Position numbers and translations under genes: made by a program. This document shows, one piece after another, positions 20,489 through 24,000 of a stretch of 24,000 nucleotides of DNA. The stretch is from Cellulosilyticaceae bacterium (GTDB lineage: Bacteria; Bacillota; Clostridia; Lachnospirales; Cellulosilyticaceae): NCBI GenBank assembly GCA_051646925.1, contig JBOFDK010000038.1:4161-28160 (forward strand), in the 5' to 3' direction. The number at the start of each line of letters is the position of its first letter. Position 1 is the stretch's first letter. The notes under the pieces are model-generated. The model worked only from the letters and a program-made list of their open reading frames with translations. It was not told the DNA's origin and made no database searches.

Positions 20489-23400
20489 ATGATGAGAAAA
20501 AAAATAGCATTAATTTTAGCAATTTTTATATGGAGTAGTATATTTTCGGGAATACAACTAGATGTTTATGCAATGTCTTCTAAAAAGTTAGGTTTAATAG
20601 AACTTAGTCTTAAAGGAGGAAATAATCAAGGTATAAGCACAAATCTTAGTCAAGAGAGGCTAGAGTTAGTAACGCCAGCAGAAAAAGATGAGGCGGCTTT
20701 TAGTTTTCCAATTATGAATGGAAGAGAAGTTAAAGTTGGAACGTACATATTAGAATATTATATACAAGGAAATGAAACATATCGTATAGAGGCTGAGTTT
20801 GAATTTAAATCAGATTATACAGCAGATGTTACTATCAAAATGTTTAAGGAAAATAGTGATAAACCAGAGCAAGTAAAGTTTGTAGAATATAAAGATTATT
20901 ATGGTGATATCAATGATGAAAGTAATGGATTTGAATTTAAAAAGACATTAAAGTTCAAATCAGGTTTAGATACTGAATATGAAAAAGGTCTAAAAGTTAG
21001 TATAGGTGGTTTTGCTCCGATTCAGATGTATGTAGATAGTGACAAAGGGGTATTAAATTTTTCAACAAAAAATATAAATGCAGGACTTATTACACCGTTT
21101 AAACTTATGTATTCGGGTGGTGTTGCAGCAACTGATGAACAAACGATAGATGTTTTTAAAGGACTTGATGATACAATTGTAAAACCAACGCATTTATTAT
21201 CTGAAGAGGAGTCAAAAAACATTTCGCCAGATAATTTAGATAGAACAATTGGATTGCCATCGCTTGAGCTTATAGATATAGAAGAAAATCGAATAGATGG
21301 AACGAATTTTAAATATGGTGAACCAGGAACTAGACCAGGGGTAGTTGTTCAAATTACAACACCTAAAAAAATCAAAGATGGTAAGTTTGTACTGCTTGAT
21401 GATGTAGACGGTAGTAGTGAACTAATTAATGTTAAATTGACATTAACTAATCCGTATGAGACAGGGCTACCTCTTACTGTGAAGTTTCCGTTAAAAAGTG
21501 GAGAGCCAGTCGTAGGTTTTGGCGTGCAAAATGGTGTTGTAGGTATACATGATGGAAAATATGAAGTGTATATTTCACAAGATAACTATACGGGTATTAC
21601 AGAAAAAGAAGCAATAGAGAAAAAGATTGCAAAAGAGTGTATATGGAAAGAGATTGCAAAAGCAGAGATTTATCATACAGAGTTAGAACTAGATGGTGAA
21701 GTATTAGCTAATACGAATACTTTATCTCGTAGTTATTCAACGGATTTAGGATATACATACGTTAAATACGGAGTGGAAAAAACGAGTGAAACATCTATTA
21801 CATTTAATATAGAGCCGTATAAAATTCAGCAAGAAGGAACAATTACTTATATTTTAACTAGAAATGGCAAAGAAATAGAGCGGCGTACATATTCACCTGG
21901 TGATAACGTTAGTATTACAACTAATTTAAAAGCAGTAGATGACGTGTATCAGATAGAAGTACTTAGAGCAAGTGATGGAAAGGAAGTATCGTACAAATCA
22001 CAAAAAATACGTGTTGATGCACAGATTTTTGGAGAGCTTACGCCTATTCAAACAAATGAAATCATTAGTATAGATAACATATGGGTTATTCCCAACAGAA
22101 ATATAAATGCTAATGAAGGGCAAGTAGCACCTGATTCAGTAATGTTTGATTTGCAGTGGAGAGCTCCTGCAAATTTAGTTAATACTATACTAAAATCGGA
22201 AAAAGATGCGATTTATTATGAATTAGAAATAAGTGATAAATTAGACGGAATATATAATTTAAATACGATTTTTAAAGTTGTTAAAGAAAACCAAAACAAT
22301 ATAGGTGTTTATTTATATGATAAAAATTATTCAGATGAAGCACCAAAAAAAGGATATTATGATGCAGCAACAAATACTTTTTCGTTTAAAGAAGTAGTTA
22401 TTAAACGTCCATCAAAAAATATTGAAAATGAAGCTGAAAAAGATAAATGGCAAAAAATAGAGATGCCAAAAGATTATGAGAATTTATATTCATATCCAGA
22501 TGCAAAAAATGATATTAGTTTTGAAGATAGTTTGGAATATACAGTACCAAATGTGTTTTATTTTAGAATGCGTAATTTTTATGTTAAAGATGGATATAAA
22601 GGAATGGCGAAAAGTGGATATTCGGTATCGAAACCAGTTACGTTAGATATTACGAATTTTTTAATTCCACCAGTTACGAACGTAAGGAAGCTAGATTTGA
22701 CAGACGAGGAAAGTAAATTATTTGGTAAATATAGCTGGAAAATAGGCTATGAAGGTATTAGCCTTGAAAAATATAAGAAATATTTATTAGAGCCATTAGG
22801 TATTGTACTAAATGAAAAAGATGAAGATGCATTGACACGTGTTTATAGCACGTATTTATACAATGCAACGAGTAATATTGAAGAAGTATTTAAAGAACTT
22901 AGTAAAGAAGATATGGAAGATGAAGAAATAGAACCGGTAAAACGTTTTGTATTAGCGAGTGAGTATGAAGAAAGTAAACATAGCACATACAATGGAATTA
23001 TTTATGACGGAAATAATTCTGAAGGTGCGTATGATTTAACAAAACGCATTAATGAAAAAACTAGTAAAACGTATCAAGACTATATTAGAGAAAATGGTGT
23101 TGTAAGGTTTGATACATATTCAGACATAGACAAGACAGATACATTTACTCCGCAAGAAACGATTTTATTTACAGGTCTTGAACCAAACACGCCATATGCA
23201 GTACAAATTCGTGTTCAAGTTGAAAGGTATAAAAAAGAAGATAGTAAGTGGGAAAGAATTAAACCAAATGTGTATTCTGTTTTTTCAAAAATATTAACGT
23301 ATACGACAACTACAGAGCCAATGCCACCAACGCCTGATGAGCAAAAGCCGATGCCACCAACAAATTTTTGGGAAGAGATAGAGGCAAAGGGCAAAACAAC

Positions 23401-24000
23401 TGCTGTGCTTGCATGGGAAGAGAGTGAATTTGCAAAAACAATTCAAGACCCTGAAAATGTAATATATGAGTTAGTTAGAGTTAAAGATAAAGAGTTAGAT
23501 AGTGAGTTAAATCAAAAAAATGTATTACTAGATACAATTAAGAAAAAAGATAATCATTTTGTTTATGAAGCGTTTCCAAAACGAAATGAAGATGATAAAG
23601 ATGCAGTAGTTAAACGTTCAAATGGGAAAACAGGAAAAGTGGATACATTTGAATTGTGGCAACATGGTGATGTACTAAGTTTTGAAGATACTGAGTTATT
23701 GCCAAATACAATTTATTATTACTATATAAGAACAGTTTATAAGACAAGTGATGAACGGTCACAATTTATAATGTTGCCAGTGACTACGGATACGCTGGGC
23801 AATCCAATTAATTTAACTGTAGAATCTTTGAAAGACTACCAAGTAGATAATGAAGCACATGAGGCAGTAGTTAGTTTTTGGGCACCAGTACCAGAGGGAT
23901 TTGATGTTAGGGATGGGAAAACATATGACTTTGAAATTGCTATTAGAGGAGATAACGATGAGCAGTTTTATATTGCAAATGTAGATAAAGAAAGGCCGTA
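20489..24000 (+). CDS. Very large secreted/cell-surface protein with FN3-like modules (3' end outside the window)
   Basis: I hand-translated the frame from ATG 20489 to the window end (1170 codons) and found no stop. The signal peptide is MMRKKIALILAIFIWSSIFSGIQLDVYA. FN3-like signatures: DLQWRAP, LEPNTPYAVQIRV, LLPNTIYYYYIRTVY. There is a Pro-rich linker, EPMPPTPDEQKPMPPT. The ORF is missing from the supplied track, presumably because it has no stop in the window. Confidence 0.85.
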   Translation, partial: MMRKKIALILAIFIWSSIFSGIQLDVYAMSSKKLGLIELSLKGGNNQGISTNLSQERLELVTPAEKDEAAFSFPIMNGREVKVGTYILEYYIQGNETYRIEAEFEFKSDYTADVTIKMFKENSDKPEQVKFVEYKDYYGDINDESNGFEFKKTLKFKSGLDTEYEKGLKVSIGGFAPIQMYVDSDKGVLNFSTKNINAGLITPFKLMYSGGVAATDEQTIDVFKGLDDTIVKPTHLLSEEESKNISPDNLDRTIGLPSLELIDIEENRIDGTNFKYGEPGTRPGVVVQITTPKKIKDGKFVLLDDVDGSSELINVKLTLTNPYETGLPLTVKFPLKSGEPVVGFGVQNGVVGIHDGKYEVYISQDNYTGITEKEAIEKKIAKECIWKEIAKAEIYHTELELDGEVLANTNTLSRSYSTDLGYTYVKYGVEKTSETSITFNIEPYKIQQEGTITYILTRNGKEIERRTYSPGDNVSITTNLKAVDDVYQIEVLRASDGKEVSYKSQKIRVDAQIFGELTPIQTNEIISIDNIWVIPNRNINANEGQVAPDSVMFDLQWRAPANLVNTILKSEKDAIYYELEISDKLDGIYNLNTIFKVVKENQNNIGVYLYDKNYSDEAPKKGYYDAATNTFSFKEVVIKRPSKNIENEAEKDKWQKIEMPKDYENLYSYPDAKNDISFEDSLEYTVPNVFYFRMRNFYVKDGYKGMAKSGYSVSKPVTLDITNFLIPPVTNVRKLDLTDEESKLFGKYSWKIGYEGISLEKYKKYLLEPLGIVLNEKDEDALTRVYSTYLYNATSNIEEVFKELSKEDMEDEEIEPVKRFVLASEYEESKHSTYNGIIYDGNNSEGAYDLTKRINEKTSKTYQDYIRENGVVRFDTYSDIDKTDTFTPQETILFTGLEPNTPYAVQIRVQVERYKKEDSKWERIKPNVYSVFSKILTYTTTTEPMPPTPDEQKPMPPTNFWEEIEAKGKTTAVLAWEESEFAKTIQDPENVIYELVRVKDKELDSELNQKNVLLDTIKKKDNHFVYEAFPKRNEDDKDAVVKRSNGKTGKVDTFELWQHGDVLSFEDTELLPNTIYYYYIRTVYKTSDERSQFIMLPVTTDTLGNPINLTVESLKDYQVDNEAHEAVVSFWAPVPEGFDVRDGKTYDFEIAIRGDNDEQFYIANVDKERP

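Noticed and set aside
20475-20489. Mini-ORF ATG AAA GGG TTT TGA just before the giant ORF
   Set aside because: It is four codons with no SD. It most likely just supplies the weak AAAGGG ribosome-binding region for ATG 20489, and there is no evidence of leader-peptide regulation.
21022-21222. - strand ORF of 66 aa
   Set aside because: It is embedded antisense in the uninterrupted ORF of at least 1170 codons that starts at 20489.

Overview
This is an AT-rich chromosomal window that looks like low-GC Firmicutes (Clostridia-like), and it is almost entirely coding. I saw no rRNA, tRNA, CRISPR array, transposase or integrase. Gene order, left to right: (i) Two tandem paralogous genes for K/E-rich coiled-coil proteins with hydrophobic helices, function unknown; the first is cut by the left window edge. 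(ii) A + strand housekeeping run: pncB, plsC-type acyltransferase, a DUF342/FapA-like protein, a small Lys-rich membrane-anchored protein, a YihY/BrkB-family membrane protein and metF. (iii) wecB/mnaA followed directly by a complete F1Fo ATP synthase operon: atpZ-like, atpI, atpB, fused double-hairpin atpE, single atpE, atpF, atpH, atpA, atpG, atpD, atpC. The c subunits carry the Na+-binding signature and the Acetobacterium woodii-style F/V-hybrid arrangement, with one four-helix c subunit whose second site has Gln instead of Glu. (iv) Convergent on the - strand, three small, highly diverged but clearly paralogous genes of unknown family. They share leader sequences and a shared upstream bipartite motif. 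(v) A DUF3810-type membrane HExxH protein on the - strand. (vi) Divergent from it, a very large signal-peptide-bearing surface protein with FN3-like modules, still open at the right window edge (at least 1170 codons; absent from the ORF track because it has no stop in the window). The most interesting unexplained content is the three-gene paralog cluster at 17471..19133 and the tandem coiled-coil membrane proteins at 1..2169. The most interesting content explainable from known biology is the hybrid c-ring gene pair.
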